Assembly (NCBI GenBank): GCA_020634555.1
Contig: JACKBK010000018.1
Span: 987-64,986 of the forward strand
Direction: 5' to 3'
DNA length: 64,000 bases
DNA from: Caldilineae bacterium
GTDB lineage: Bacteria > Chloroflexota > Anaerolineae > JAAEKA01
The translations under genes and the position numbers were made by a program. The notes beneath the pieces were generated by a model. It did no database searches, had not been told where the DNA came from, and saw only the letters and a program-made list of their open reading frames with translations. Positions 27,514 to 37,249 of the stretch are shown here, one piece after another (within the stretch, counting starts at the first letter, position 1; each line of letters opens with the position of its first letter).

Positions 27514-28917
27514 ATGACTAACACAACACACATTGCTCCTGATGCTCTGGAAGATCTACGCAAACAGATCGAAGGTTCCGTTTTCGCCCCGGGCGACTCC
27601 GGCTACGACAAAGCCCGCATGACCTGGAACCTGGCGGTACAACAGTTTCCGGCCGCGGTGGTGATGGCAACCAGCGACGCGGATGTCGTCGCGGCGGTGC
27701 GCTTCGCCGGCCAGCAAGGATTGAAGGTTGGCGTCCAGGCCACGGGCCACGGCGTGATCCGCCCGGCCGACGGCAGCCTGCTGATCAACACCGCGCAGAT
27801 GGCCGGCGTGGAAGTCGATGCCGCGACGCAGACGGCGCGGTTCGAGGCCGGCGCGCCGTGGGGCGCAGTGCTGGAAAAGGCGCAGGCTCATGGCCTGGCG
27901 CCGCTGCTGGGATCGTCGCCGAGCGTTGGTGCGGTGGCCTACTCGTTAGGTGGTGGGTTGGGCTGGCTGGCGAGAAAATACGGCCTGTCCGCGGACAGTG
28001 TTACCTCTTTCGATGTCGTGACGGCTAACGGACGCACCCTGCACGTCAGCGCCGACGAGAACACCGACCTGTTCTGGGGCATGCGCGGCGGCGGTGGCGG
28101 GTTTGCCATCGTTACCTCCATGGAGATCAAGCTGTACCCCGTGGCTGAGGTCTTCGGCGGCAACCTGGTCTACCCGGCCGCGCTGGCAGGCGAGATCCTG
28201 CGCCGCTACCGAGACTGGATCGCGACGCTGCCGCTGGAGTTCAGCACGTCGGTGGCGCTGATGAACCTGCCGCCGCTGCCCATGGTGCCCGAGTTTCTGC
28301 GCGGCAAGTCGGTAGCCATGGTGCGCGGCTGCTACTGCGGCCCGGTCGGGGAAGGCCAGGCATTGTTGCAGCCGTGGCTGGACTGGCAGGCGCCCATCGC
28401 CAACCTCTTCCATCCCATGACCTTCAGCAGCGTGGCCGAGGTCAGCAACGATCCGCACGACCCGGTACCGGGCGCGACCACCGGCGCATGGCTGAGCGAG
28501 TTGAGCGACACGGCCATCGATGCGCTGGTTCGCTATGGGGTTTCTATCAACGGCTCGTCGCCGTTTGTCCTGACCGAGGTGCGGCACGTAGGCGGTGCGA
28601 TGGCATCAGTGGATCACAACAGCAACGCCTTTCCGCACCGCGAGGAGTCGCTGCTGCTCGACGTGACCGGTATGGCGCCTACGCCGGAGGCCCACGCTTT
28701 CGTTGTCAACTACGCCCGCGAGTTCAAGAGCGCATTGGAGCCGGCCATCAGCGGTCTGTATGCAAACTTCACGGAGCGGGACGAAGCGCGCCACGCGGTT
28801 GCCCACAGCTTTCCCCCGGAAACCTTGCAGCGGCTGGCGGCGCTGAAGGCAAAGTACGACCCCGACAACCTGTTCGACTACAGCTATCAGCTCGGAGACG
28901 GCGCAGACGCATCATGA
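27514..28917 (+). CDS. FAD-linked oxidase (PCMH-type FAD-binding domain plus a BBE-like C-terminus)
   Basis: 467 aa. VVMATSDADVVAAVRFAGQQGLKVGVQATGHG and GGGLGWLARKYGL, with a C-terminal LAALKAKYDPDNLFDYSYQL BBE motif. Confidence 0.85.
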   Translation: MTNTTHIAPDALEDLRKQIEGSVFAPGDSGYDKARMTWNLAVQQFPAAVVMATSDADVVAAVRFAGQQGLKVGVQATGHGVIRPADGSLLINTAQMAGVEVDAATQTARFEAGAPWGAVLEKAQAHGLAPLLGSSPSVGAVAYSLGGGLGWLARKYGLSADSVTSFDVVTANGRTLHVSADENTDLFWGMRGGGGGFAIVTSMEIKLYPVAEVFGGNLVYPAALAGEILRRYRDWIATLPLEFSTSVALMNLPPLPMVPEFLRGKSVAMVRGCYCGPVGEGQALLQPWLDWQAPIANLFHPMTFSSVAEVSNDPHDPVPGATTGAWLSELSDTAIDALVRYGVSINGSSPFVLTEVRHVGGAMASVDHNSNAFPHREESLLLDVTGMAPTPEAHAFVVNYAREFKSALEPAISGLYANFTERDEARHAVAHSFPPETLQRLAALKAKYDPDNLFDYSYQLGDGADAS

Positions 28918-30140
28918 TCTACGACTTCGACCAGGAGATTAACCCGCACGGCACGAACTCCGTCAAGTGGGAGTGTGTGCCGAGTGATAACGGCCTCGTG
29001 CCGTGGGACAAGACCGATCCAGCGCTGGGCAATGACCGCGTGCTGCCGATGTGGGTGGCGGACATGGACTTCTGCAGCCCGCAGCCGGTGATCGACGCGC
29101 TGGTGGAGCGGGCGCGGCACGGCATCTTCGGCTATGCGGTACCGACGGAGAGGTACTATCAGGCCGTCGTGGACTGGATGGCGCGGCGCCACGGCTGGCA
29201 GGTCGAGCCGGATTGGATATGCACAACGCCCGGTGTGGTGCCGGCCCTCTACGTACTGGTGCGGACCTTCGTGGCACCCGGCCAGAAGGTGCTGGTCCAG
29301 CCGCCGGTATATCACCCGTTCTACCGGGCGATCACCGACAACGGCGGCGAGATCGTGCGCAATCCGTTGATCCTTGAAGACGGCCGGTACCGCATGGATT
29401 TTGATGATCTGGCCGGCAAGCTGGCCGATCCCAACCTGAAGCTGGCGATCCTGTGCAACCCGCACAACCCCATCGGGCGGGTGTGGCCGGCTGACGACCT
29501 GCGGCGCTTTGGCGAGCTGTGCGCCGAGCACGACGTGCTGGTGATAGCTGACGAAATCCACGGCGACCTGATCCTGCCCGGCGAGAGGTTCGTGCCCTTT
29601 GCCAGCCTGGGCCAGGACTTCGCCCGCAACAGCATCACCTGCACCGCGCCCAGCAAGACGTTCAACCTGGCCGGTCTGCATACGTCCAACATCATCGTGC
29701 CCGACGACGAACTGCGGAATCGCTTCCGCCAGGCGCTGAACGCCAGTGGCCTGCCGTGGCTGAACCCGTTCGGCATCACGGCGCTGGAGGCGGCGTATGC
29801 AAAAGGCGAGGACTGGTTGGCGCAGGTGCTGACTTATCTCAACGGCAACCTGGATACGCTGGATTCCTATCTGCGCGAGCGCCTGCCGGCCGTGAGGCTG
29901 ATCCGGCCGCAAGGCACCTACCTGGCCTGGCTGGACTGCCGCGGTCTGGGCCTTTCCGAGGAGCGGTTAAAACAGCTGATGCTGGACGAGGCCCGGTTGC
30001 TGGTTGAAGAGGGCAGCATCTTCGGTCCGGAAGGCGAGGGCTTTCTGCGGGTGAACATCGCCTGCCGTCGGACAACTCTGGTGGAAGCACTGGACCGGAT
30101 CGCAACAGCTTTGGCAGCCCGCGCTTCGGCGCCTGCGTGA
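28914..30140 (+). CDS. PLP-dependent C-S lyase / cystathionine beta-lyase of the PatB/MalY type (class I/II aminotransferase fold)
   Basis: ORF 28374..30140 trimmed to the ATG at 28914 (ATGA overlap with the upstream stop). MIYDFDQEINPHGTNSVKWE, NPHNPIGRVW and the PLP lysine motif APSKTFNLAGL. Confidence 0.85.
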   Translation: MIYDFDQEINPHGTNSVKWECVPSDNGLVPWDKTDPALGNDRVLPMWVADMDFCSPQPVIDALVERARHGIFGYAVPTERYYQAVVDWMARRHGWQVEPDWICTTPGVVPALYVLVRTFVAPGQKVLVQPPVYHPFYRAITDNGGEIVRNPLILEDGRYRMDFDDLAGKLADPNLKLAILCNPHNPIGRVWPADDLRRFGELCAEHDVLVIADEIHGDLILPGERFVPFASLGQDFARNSITCTAPSKTFNLAGLHTSNIIVPDDELRNRFRQALNASGLPWLNPFGITALEAAYAKGEDWLAQVLTYLNGNLDTLDSYLRERLPAVRLIRPQGTYLAWLDCRGLGLSEERLKQLMLDEARLLVEEGSIFGPEGEGFLRVNIACRRTTLVEALDRIATALAARASAPA

Positions 30141-30161
30141 GTGCATTAGCCTCACAAGAAA

Positions 30162-30803
30162 GTGTCCCCCATGCGACTTGGCATTCTTGGCGGTACCTTC
30201 GACCCAATCCACATCGGCCACCTGATTCTGGCAGAGGAGGCCTGGTATCAGCTTGGCCTGCAGAAAGTTCTGCTGGTGCCGGCCGGTGATCCGCCGCACA
30301 AGCGCGGACGGCGGCTGTCTCCCGTTGAGCATCGGGTGCGCATGATCGAGCTTGCCATCGCCGATAACCCACACCTGGAGTTGTCGCGGATCGACGTCGA
30401 TCGACCCGGCCCTCACTACACCATCGAAATGGTGCGCCAGCATCTGGAGCAATACGGCTACGGCACCGACCTCTACTTCCTGATGGGGCTCGACTCGCTG
30501 GCCGATCTGCCGAACTGGCACAAGCCGCAGGAGTTGGTGGAGCTGTGCAACCTGGTCGCGCTGAGCCGGCCCGACTCGGGGTTCGACTGGGACACGCTGG
30601 AGGAGAAGCTGCCGGGCGTGCGCTGGCGTGTGATCTTCCTGCCAATGCCGGAGCTTCAGATCTCCAGCACAATCCTCCAGCAGCGAGTGCGGCAAGGCCG
30701 GCCGCTGCGCTACCAGGTGGTGCCGCAGGTTGAGACCTATATTTGCGAGCAAGGGCTGTACCAGCAAGGATGGGAAGACGATCAACTGAAGCGTGAAACG
30801 TAA
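30162..30803 (+). CDS. nadD: Nicotinate-nucleotide adenylyltransferase
   Basis: [14 protein letters not shown] (HxGH motif) and [10 protein letters not shown] (ISST motif). The last codons and the stop lie inside a GAAACGT heptamer repeat. Confidence 0.9.
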   Translation: MSPMRLGILGGTFDPIHIGHLILAEEAWYQLGLQKVLLVPAGDPPHKRGRRLSPVEHRVRMIELAIADNPHLELSRIDVDRPGPHYTIEMVRQHLEQYGYGTDLYFLMGLDSLADLPNWHKPQELVELCNLVALSRPDSGFDWDTLEEKLPGVRWRVIFLPMPELQISSTILQQRVRQGRPLRYQVVPQVETYICEQGLYQQGWEDDQLKRET

Positions 30804-30911
30804 AACGTGAGAGATGGCCTGGCGGGAAATATCACGGTTCACGGTTCACGACCGACTATCACACGAAACCCTGAAGAGTCAAAACCTACAGGAATAGCGA
30901 GGTTTACCTGA

Positions 30912-31484
30912 ATGTCTCCGGAGACAACGCTCTATACCGGCGTTGGCGATGACGGCTACACCGGTGTTCTGGGCCGCGAGCGCGTAGCGAAATACGACCT
31001 TCAACCGGTTGCATACGGCACGTTGGATGAGCTGTCAGCCGCGCTGGGGCTGGCGCGCACTGGAAGTAAACACCCGCGCAGCAACGACATCATCGTCGAG
31101 ATACAGCGCGATCTGTACCGGGCGATGGCAGACATGGCTACGACACCCGAAGCAGCGGAACGGACAGGCGCCTGGTTGCCGGCCGACCGCGTCGCCTGGG
31201 TGGAGGAGATCATCGCCGAGGTTGGCGGTCAGGTCGAGATACCGCCGGCCTTCATCGTCAGCGGTGACAGCTACGGCGGCGCGCTGCTGGATGTGGCGCG
31301 CACGGTATGCCGGCGCGCCGAGCGCCATGTGGCCAGGCTGCACCACCAAGGAATGCTGTCCAACATCGAGGCGCTGCGCTACCTGAACCGGCTGTCATCG
31401 CTGTTGTTTGCGTTGTCACGGTTGGAAGACAAAGCTGCCGGTGTGGAGCAGTTCACATTAGCAAGATTGGAGAGAGGTTCATGA
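30912..31484 (+). CDS. ATP:cob(I)alamin adenosyltransferase, PduO type
   Basis: 190 aa. LYTGVGDDGYTGVLG N-terminus, IQRDLYRAMADM and RTVCRRAER are typical of the PduO/MMAB family. Confidence 0.85.
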   Translation: MSPETTLYTGVGDDGYTGVLGRERVAKYDLQPVAYGTLDELSAALGLARTGSKHPRSNDIIVEIQRDLYRAMADMATTPEAAERTGAWLPADRVAWVEEIIAEVGGQVEIPPAFIVSGDSYGGALLDVARTVCRRAERHVARLHHQGMLSNIEALRYLNRLSSLLFALSRLEDKAAGVEQFTLARLERGS

Positions 31485-32335
31485 GTCCGGTATTGGGATC
31501 CCACGTGTCCGCCGCGGGCGGCGTCAGCAAAGCGTTCGAACGCGCTCAGTCCATCGGCTGCCAAACCATGCAGATATTTACCCGCAACCAGAACCGCTGG
31601 GCAAGCAAGCCACTGGATCCATCCGAGATCAAGAAGTGGCACGCCGCGGCGGAAGAAACCGGCATCACGCCGACCATCTCACACGCATCCTATCTGATCA
31701 ACCTTGGCTCACCCGACGATGCCCTGTGGGAAAAATCTATCGACGCGCTGGTTGACGAGCTGCAGCGAGCCGAGGCGCTGGGACTGCTGGGGGTGGTGTT
31801 GCATCCCGGCGCGCATATGCAAGAGGGTGAGGATGCGGGCATCGCCCGCGTGGCCGCTGGTCTGGATCGCGCCCATCTGGCCACCGACGGCTTCAAAACG
31901 CTGACGCTGCTGGAGATCACCGCCGGGCAAGGGACAACCCTGGGCTACAAGTTCGAACACCTGGCAGCCATGCGCGCCCAGGCGGCCAACCCGGAACGAT
32001 TGGCGGTTTGTTTCGACACCTGCCATGCTTTCGCTGCCGGTTACGACTTCCGCGAGCCGGCCGGTTATGCGGCGATGATGGATGAGTTCGACGGCACCAT
32101 CGGGCTGGATCTACTCGCCTGCTTCCATTTCAACGACAGCAAAGGTGGGTTGGGTAGCCGCAAGGACCGCCACGAACACATCGGCCAGGGAGCAATCGGC
32201 GTCAGTGGCTTTGCGCACATTCTCAACGACCCGCGCTTCGCCGCCATTCCAATGATTCTGGAGACCCCCAAGAGCAAGGACATGCACGAGGACGTGGAGA
32301 ACTTCCAGGTCTTGCGCAGCCTGCTTGAGGATTGA
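31481..32335 (+). CDS. nfo: Deoxyribonuclease IV (endonuclease IV)
   Basis: ORF 31307..32335 trimmed to the ATG at 31481 (ATGA overlap). Motifs SHASYLINLGSPD, VVLHPGAH, LLEITAGQG, CFDTCHAFAAGYD, FHFNDSK and DRHEHIGQG. Confidence 0.9.
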   Translation: MSPVLGSHVSAAGGVSKAFERAQSIGCQTMQIFTRNQNRWASKPLDPSEIKKWHAAAEETGITPTISHASYLINLGSPDDALWEKSIDALVDELQRAEALGLLGVVLHPGAHMQEGEDAGIARVAAGLDRAHLATDGFKTLTLLEITAGQGTTLGYKFEHLAAMRAQAANPERLAVCFDTCHAFAAGYDFREPAGYAAMMDEFDGTIGLDLLACFHFNDSKGGLGSRKDRHEHIGQGAIGVSGFAHILNDPRFAAIPMILETPKSKDMHEDVENFQVLRSLLED

Positions 32336-32518
32336 CCGCATCTGTTGATGCCAACACTCGTCGTCGAGTATGAGTTTCATCGAATTGTAATCCCTGCCAG
32401 ATAATCCATGTGCTATGCTGAAATTGGCGTGCGTTCTGGAAATTTGACAGCGAAGCGGGTTGAAAGCGGTCAACCTGTCCCGGAACTCAAATAATGGGTC
32501 CGCGGACCCGCTGATACA

Positions 32519-33619
32519 ATGCGCATCGTCTACGTTCTCCTTTCCCCCACATTCGGCATGCACCAGTACACAGCCGACCTGGTGAACCGGTTAGCCGAGC
32601 AGGGACATGACGCAGCGCTGGTGACAACAACAACCTTGGCGCGCGATCGCTACAGCCCCGCTGTTCGAGTTGTCACCCCGATCACCACGCATAGTACCGG
32701 CTTTAGGGTTGAAGGGCTGCGCGTCTGGCAACTTCGGCGAGTAACGCAGGCAATCGATGCTCTGAAGCCCGAGGTTGTCCACATCACCGGTGTACATGCG
32801 TGGAACGTCCCTCTGGTGCGTTGGCTGCGAAGGAAGGGTATCCCCACAGTGCATACCCTACACGACCTGGATCCACATGCCGGTGTGCGCTTTAGTTCGC
32901 TGATCCGGCATTGGAATCGCCTGATTATTCGTTCTGTGGATCACCTGCTGGTCCATGGCAAGGTCTATGCACAACGATTGCTGGCGTCGGGATGCGATTC
33001 CAGCCGCGTTACCAGTGTGCCGTTGTTGCATCTTTTTCTCAGTTATGATGGATTTGCCAGCCTGGTCAACCGTGAAGTAAACTACAACGCGTGGGGCCTC
33101 TTTTTTGGCCGTTTTGAGAGTTACAAGGGCGTATCACAACTCATCGCAGCAGAGGACATGCTGGTCAAGTCTGATGCCGGCGTGAATCTTGTGCTTGCTG
33201 GAAAAGGGGTCCTGAACGCTGATGTTGCAGCCATCCCGACGGTGGAGGTTCGCAACCATCTCATCGGCGACGACGAAGCCGTGGCTCTCTTCCAGGATTG
33301 TGGAGTTTTAATCTTGCCTTATCTTGACGCGTCTCAGTCTGCACTGGTTGCAGCAGCCTACTTCTTTGCAAAGCCGGTCATCGTGACTGACGTCGGCGCT
33401 TTGGCCGAGTACGTTCAGCAAGGAGTAACAGGCTGGGTCGTTCCCGCCGGAGACTCCCGCGCGTTGGCCGACGCGTGGCGTGATGCACTGGCTGATACAG
33501 AGCGACTGCGACACATGGGTGAGTTAGGAAGAGCGTGGTACAACACTCAGCGGCAGCAGGAAGAGGCAGCGTTGATCGCTATGTACCTTGGGATGAGAAA
33601 AAAAGAGGATTTAGCATGA
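32519..33619 (+). CDS. Glycosyltransferase family 4 (GT-B fold)
   Basis: 366 aa. N-terminal MRIVYVL..GMHQY. C-terminal ..LILPYLDASQSALVAAAYFFAKPVIVTDVGALAEYV resembles the EX7E-region pattern. Confidence 0.8.
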   Translation: MRIVYVLLSPTFGMHQYTADLVNRLAEQGHDAALVTTTTLARDRYSPAVRVVTPITTHSTGFRVEGLRVWQLRRVTQAIDALKPEVVHITGVHAWNVPLVRWLRRKGIPTVHTLHDLDPHAGVRFSSLIRHWNRLIIRSVDHLLVHGKVYAQRLLASGCDSSRVTSVPLLHLFLSYDGFASLVNREVNYNAWGLFFGRFESYKGVSQLIAAEDMLVKSDAGVNLVLAGKGVLNADVAAIPTVEVRNHLIGDDEAVALFQDCGVLILPYLDASQSALVAAAYFFAKPVIVTDVGALAEYVQQGVTGWVVPAGDSRALADAWRDALADTERLRHMGELGRAWYNTQRQQEEAALIAMYLGMRKKEDLA

Positions 33620-35091
33620 AGCTGGAGACAACGGTTGTGAAACAACGCAACCAAACCCAGCGACGGCGGATAAGCTTGCCGCGGCTGAGAATCCGCACAT
33701 CAGAGCGCAAGATATTCCTTTTCTTGGTGGACATTCTGATCGTCAACCTGTCGTTGGCCATATCCTGGTTGCTGGCCGCCGACAGCGGCTTCACAGTCGA
33801 GACGATCACTGCCCCGTACAAGTGGTACCTCACGCTGACACTCGTCTGGTGCATCAGCGCCTTCATTTTCGACGTCTACAACCTGGCGCGGTCAGCCAGC
33901 ACCACCAACATCGTCCGCAACATCGCACTGGCCGGGGTGACTGCCGTGCTGGTCTACACGCTGATCCCCGTCCTCACACCGCCGCTTCAGAATCGAAGGC
34001 TGTTGTTCGTGTTCAGCGCGTTGGTAGTCGGCGGGCTGATTGCCTGGCGGATCGTCTATGCCCAATTGTTTGTGCAGCCACATTTTCGCCAGCGGGCCTT
34101 GGTAATCGGCGCCGGCTGGGCCGGGCGCACCCTCGTCGAGATGTTGAGCAGCGTCACCCACGACGCCAACCCATTCCGGGGTACCGGCTACGATCTGGTC
34201 GGGTTCATCGACGACAATCAGAAGCTGACGGGAACCACTGTTGCTGGTATACCGGTGTTGGGAGGGCGCAATGTGCTGGCACCTATGGCCAACGCGCTGC
34301 ACATCGACGAAGTGATTCTCGCTATCACACAGCGCCATGCCATCGCCGACGACCTGTTCGACGAGATGTTGCGCTGTCGCGAGCTGGGCATCCAGGTGAC
34401 GACCATGTCCAGTGTGTACGAGAAACTGACCGGTCGGGTGCCGGTGCAACATGTGGGACGCGATCTGTATCTGGCGCTTCCGTCGGGCGATCGTGCATCG
34501 GAACGAATTTACTTGGGCATGAAGCGGCTGATTGATCTGGCTATTGCGGCGCTGGGACTGGTGGTCTTGGCGATTGTAGCCGCGGGAGTTTGGGTCGGCA
34601 ACCGCCTCCGCTCCCCAGGCCCGTTGCTCTATCGCCAGGAGCGAGTCGGGAAAGGAGGCCGGTGCTATCAGGTCTACAAGTTTCGTTCCATGATTCCAGA
34701 TGCGGAGGCGACCACCGGCGCGATCTGGGCAACGGCTGACGACAACCGCATCACTCCTGTAGGACGCTTCCTGCGCAAGACACGCCTGGACGAGTTGCCA
34801 CAGTTGATCAACGTACTCAAGGGTGAGATGAGCCTGATCGGGCCACGCCCCGAGCGTCCGGAGTTCGTGGACCACCTGGCTGACACCATTCCGTTCTACC
34901 GTGCTCGGCATGCTGTGCGCCCCGGCATTACCGGCTGGGCGCAGGTTTGCTACCGCTATGGAAGTTCACCGGACGACGCCCGGATCAAGCTGGAGTACGA
35001 CCTGTACTACGTCAATCGCATGAGTCCGCTGCTCGACATTCGCATCATCCTAAGAACCGTTCAGGTCATGCTTGAACTCAAGGGACAGTAA
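33616..35091 (+). CDS. Polyprenyl-phosphate sugar-phosphate transferase (large WbaP/EpsB-type initiating phosphoglycosyltransferase)
   Basis: ORF 33535..35091 trimmed to the ATG at 33616 (ATGA overlap with the GT4 stop). N-terminal TM bundle and Rossmann-like ALVIGAGWAGR. C-terminal catalytic domain YKFRSM..DELPQLINVLKGEMSLIGPRPERPEF. Confidence 0.9.
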   Translation: MKLETTVVKQRNQTQRRRISLPRLRIRTSERKIFLFLVDILIVNLSLAISWLLAADSGFTVETITAPYKWYLTLTLVWCISAFIFDVYNLARSASTTNIVRNIALAGVTAVLVYTLIPVLTPPLQNRRLLFVFSALVVGGLIAWRIVYAQLFVQPHFRQRALVIGAGWAGRTLVEMLSSVTHDANPFRGTGYDLVGFIDDNQKLTGTTVAGIPVLGGRNVLAPMANALHIDEVILAITQRHAIADDLFDEMLRCRELGIQVTTMSSVYEKLTGRVPVQHVGRDLYLALPSGDRASERIYLGMKRLIDLAIAALGLVVLAIVAAGVWVGNRLRSPGPLLYRQERVGKGGRCYQVYKFRSMIPDAEATTGAIWATADDNRITPVGRFLRKTRLDELPQLINVLKGEMSLIGPRPERPEFVDHLADTIPFYRARHAVRPGITGWAQVCYRYGSSPDDARIKLEYDLYYVNRMSPLLDIRIILRTVQVMLELKGQ

Positions 35092-35096
35092 TTTGT

Positions 35097-35381
35097 ATGA
35101 GTAATATCGACATCCGCAGACCAATTCATCATCCCTCCACTGCATCACGAGTCTTCGGCAGCGACGCGGTGGTCATTAGCCCAACCGAGAACATGGTGCG
35201 TATGTTGAACCCCGTCGGCTCGCGCATCTGGCAACTGACCGATGGCAGCAACACCATCGAAGATATTGCGGTCACATTGACCCAGGAGTTCGAGGTAGAC
35301 CTCCCACACGCGCGGCAAAGTGTTGCCGGCTTTGTCGAAGACCTGGTGGATAGAAATCTACTGGACTGGTCGGAGTCTTGA
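35097..35381 (+). CDS. PqqD-family protein (RiPP recognition element / peptide chaperone type)
   Basis: 94 aa, beginning 5 nt after the sugar-transferase stop. RMLNPVGSRIWQLTDGSNTIEDIAVTLTQEFEVDLPHARQSVAGFVEDLVDRNLLD follows the PqqD consensus. Confidence 0.8.
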   Translation: MSNIDIRRPIHHPSTASRVFGSDAVVISPTENMVRMLNPVGSRIWQLTDGSNTIEDIAVTLTQEFEVDLPHARQSVAGFVEDLVDRNLLDWSES

Positions 35382-35397
35382 GCCTGAGTATTGCACT

Positions 35398-37047
35398 TTG
35401 ACAACTGAACAGCTTACAATCTCTCCACTTCCGTCGGTTCGTCGCTTTGAAGCAGTGCTGGAGTGGCTGGCCAATCGCCCACCAATCGTGTGGCGGCTGC
35501 TGGCGTTTGGCCTTGTGGCCGCGATGACCGTCCTGGCGATCCGTCAGGCCAGCATCAGTATCGACGGCGTTCGCTACTTCTGGCTCGACGACGACCAGAT
35601 GATCTCGATGCGCTATGCGCGCAATCTGGCTGAGGGACACGGGTTAGTCTGGAACCCCGGTGAGCGCGTTGAGGGCTACAGCAACTTCCTGTGGACGCTG
35701 GTTATGGCGGGTGTGCATTTGTTGCCGCTGCCGGACGCCACCACCTCGTTGGCCGTCAAGCTGATCAACCTGGGGCTGGCGTTCGCCGTGTTGCTGCTGG
35801 CTGAGCAGTTGCTACGGCGCTTCCTGCCCAAACCTGGTCTGGCGCTGCCGGCTGTGCTGCTGACCCTGGCCTTGTGCGGTGACCTGTTGTACTGGTCAGC
35901 CAACGGTTTTGAGACAACACTGCTGACGGTCATCTTTCTGGCTGTTGTGGTTCGCTTGCTGGACGAGGAGCAGACCGGCCAGCCGCGGCTGTTAACCTAC
36001 CTGTTGATGGGGCTGCTGCCGCTGGTGCGCAGCGATGCCCTGCACATCTGGCTTGGGACAGCGATTCTGGCCTTCGGGATCAGTGGGAATCGGAAGAAGA
36101 CTGTGGTCTTTCTGGCTGTATCCCTTGTCTTGCCGGTACTGCAGGTGGTGGGGCGGCGATGGTACTACGGCGACTGGCTGCCGAACACGTATTATCTGAA
36201 GGTGTACGGCATCGAAGGGCTACCGCGCATCGGCATCGGTTACGTGCGTTTTTTCGTTCATAACTATGCAGTCGCCCTGTTGTTAGCGGTTTTGGGAGCT
36301 TTTCTGGCAGCGCAGCGACGTTGGTGGCTGTTGTTGGCCGGCGTCGGCATCAGCATGGGCTACAGCGTCATGATCGGTGGCGACATCTTTGAGTTCTCGC
36401 GTTTTCTGGCCCATGAGGTTCCAGTGATTCTGGTGCTGGCGGCAGTGGCCGCAGTGCAGTTTGGAGCACGTTGGAACTTGATCGGTTCGTTTCTCGTCCT
36501 GGCAGCGTTATCGATCGCTACACTGGCTGGCGCCGGCGTGGTCTATCCTGACAAGCTGTACTCCAGAAACGGCGGCCTGGAGTACTCAACTGTCGCCGGA
36601 GTTCTGATCGATCGTTATTCGGCCCCGGAGTCCAGTGTTGCAGTAATTGCGGCAGGCGGTATACCGTATTTCAGCCATCGCTACAGCATTGACCTGCTGG
36701 GAAAATCGGATCCTGTTATTGCTCACCGCGCCCCAGTCTGTTGCAACGATGTAATCGGACACAACAAATTTGATGTGGACTACAGTTTGAGCAAGAAACC
36801 GGACATGTTTGTGCCCTTGCTGCCCGATGAGTTGAATCAGTTCGACTGGTGGCTTGATTACCAGGAGCGCGAGTTCGGTGTGTCGTATAACTCAACAATC
36901 GTCAGGAATCCGATATTTCGCAAGGAGTACCTGTCTAACCCAGTTCAGATCGACTTTTTGCTAGAGAAAATGCCCATCTACGTTCGTAGCTCGTCAAGCG
37001 AGATGGAGACACTTTCACTGTGGCAAGCGCCACAGGTTTCCCGCTAA
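35398..37047 (+). CDS. Polytopic GT-C-like membrane glycosyltransferase (arabinofuranosyltransferase-like)
   Basis: ORF 35320..37047. The ATG at 35320 overlaps the PqqD-family gene by 62 nt, so TTG 35398 or GTG 35455 are the likelier starts (uncertain). The first loop carries YFWLDDDQMISMRYARNLAEGHGLVWNPGERVEGYSNFLW, an acidic DDD motif as in GT-C enzymes. More than 10 TM helices. Confidence 0.65.
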   Translation: MTTEQLTISPLPSVRRFEAVLEWLANRPPIVWRLLAFGLVAAMTVLAIRQASISIDGVRYFWLDDDQMISMRYARNLAEGHGLVWNPGERVEGYSNFLWTLVMAGVHLLPLPDATTSLAVKLINLGLAFAVLLLAEQLLRRFLPKPGLALPAVLLTLALCGDLLYWSANGFETTLLTVIFLAVVVRLLDEEQTGQPRLLTYLLMGLLPLVRSDALHIWLGTAILAFGISGNRKKTVVFLAVSLVLPVLQVVGRRWYYGDWLPNTYYLKVYGIEGLPRIGIGYVRFFVHNYAVALLLAVLGAFLAAQRRWWLLLAGVGISMGYSVMIGGDIFEFSRFLAHEVPVILVLAAVAAVQFGARWNLIGSFLVLAALSIATLAGAGVVYPDKLYSRNGGLEYSTVAGVLIDRYSAPESSVAVIAAGGIPYFSHRYSIDLLGKSDPVIAHRAPVCCNDVIGHNKFDVDYSLSKKPDMFVPLLPDELNQFDWWLDYQEREFGVSYNSTIVRNPIFRKEYLSNPVQIDFLLEKMPIYVRSSSSEMETLSLWQAPQVSR

Positions 37048-37159
37048 GACAGCACCTGAACGTGTTCGCTGGTATTGTCTAGCCTTGATCTCTACCGCTA
37101 TTTGCTGGCAAAATAACCGGAGCATCGGAAGTCTGTCTTGAGAAGGCAACGCCCGGCTA

Positions 37160-37188
37160 TTGACACTTTCTCTTGCACATGCTAGAAT
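37160..37188 (+). promoter_or_regulatory. Sigma-70-type promoter for the radical SAM + peptide unit
   Basis: TTGACA, a 17-nt spacer, then TAGAAT, about 60 nt upstream of the rSAM start. Confidence 0.55.
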
Positions 37189-37249
37189 TGCCCCGCGCAA
37201 TGGAGTATGTTTCTTGAAAACACGATGGACTGGAGTGGCTTGAAACAAC

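Noticed and set aside
30804-30911. Looked for a cobalamin riboswitch upstream of the PduO-type adenosyltransferase
   Set aside because: The 108-nt gap contains only heptamer repeats (CACGGTT). It has no B12-box-like sequence and no extended conserved helices.
35320-35397. ATG at 35320 as the start of the GT-C-like membrane protein
   Set aside because: It would overlap the PqqD-family gene by 62 nt in another frame. The first hydrophobic segment begins well downstream, so I prefer TTG 35398 or GTG 35455. This remains uncertain.
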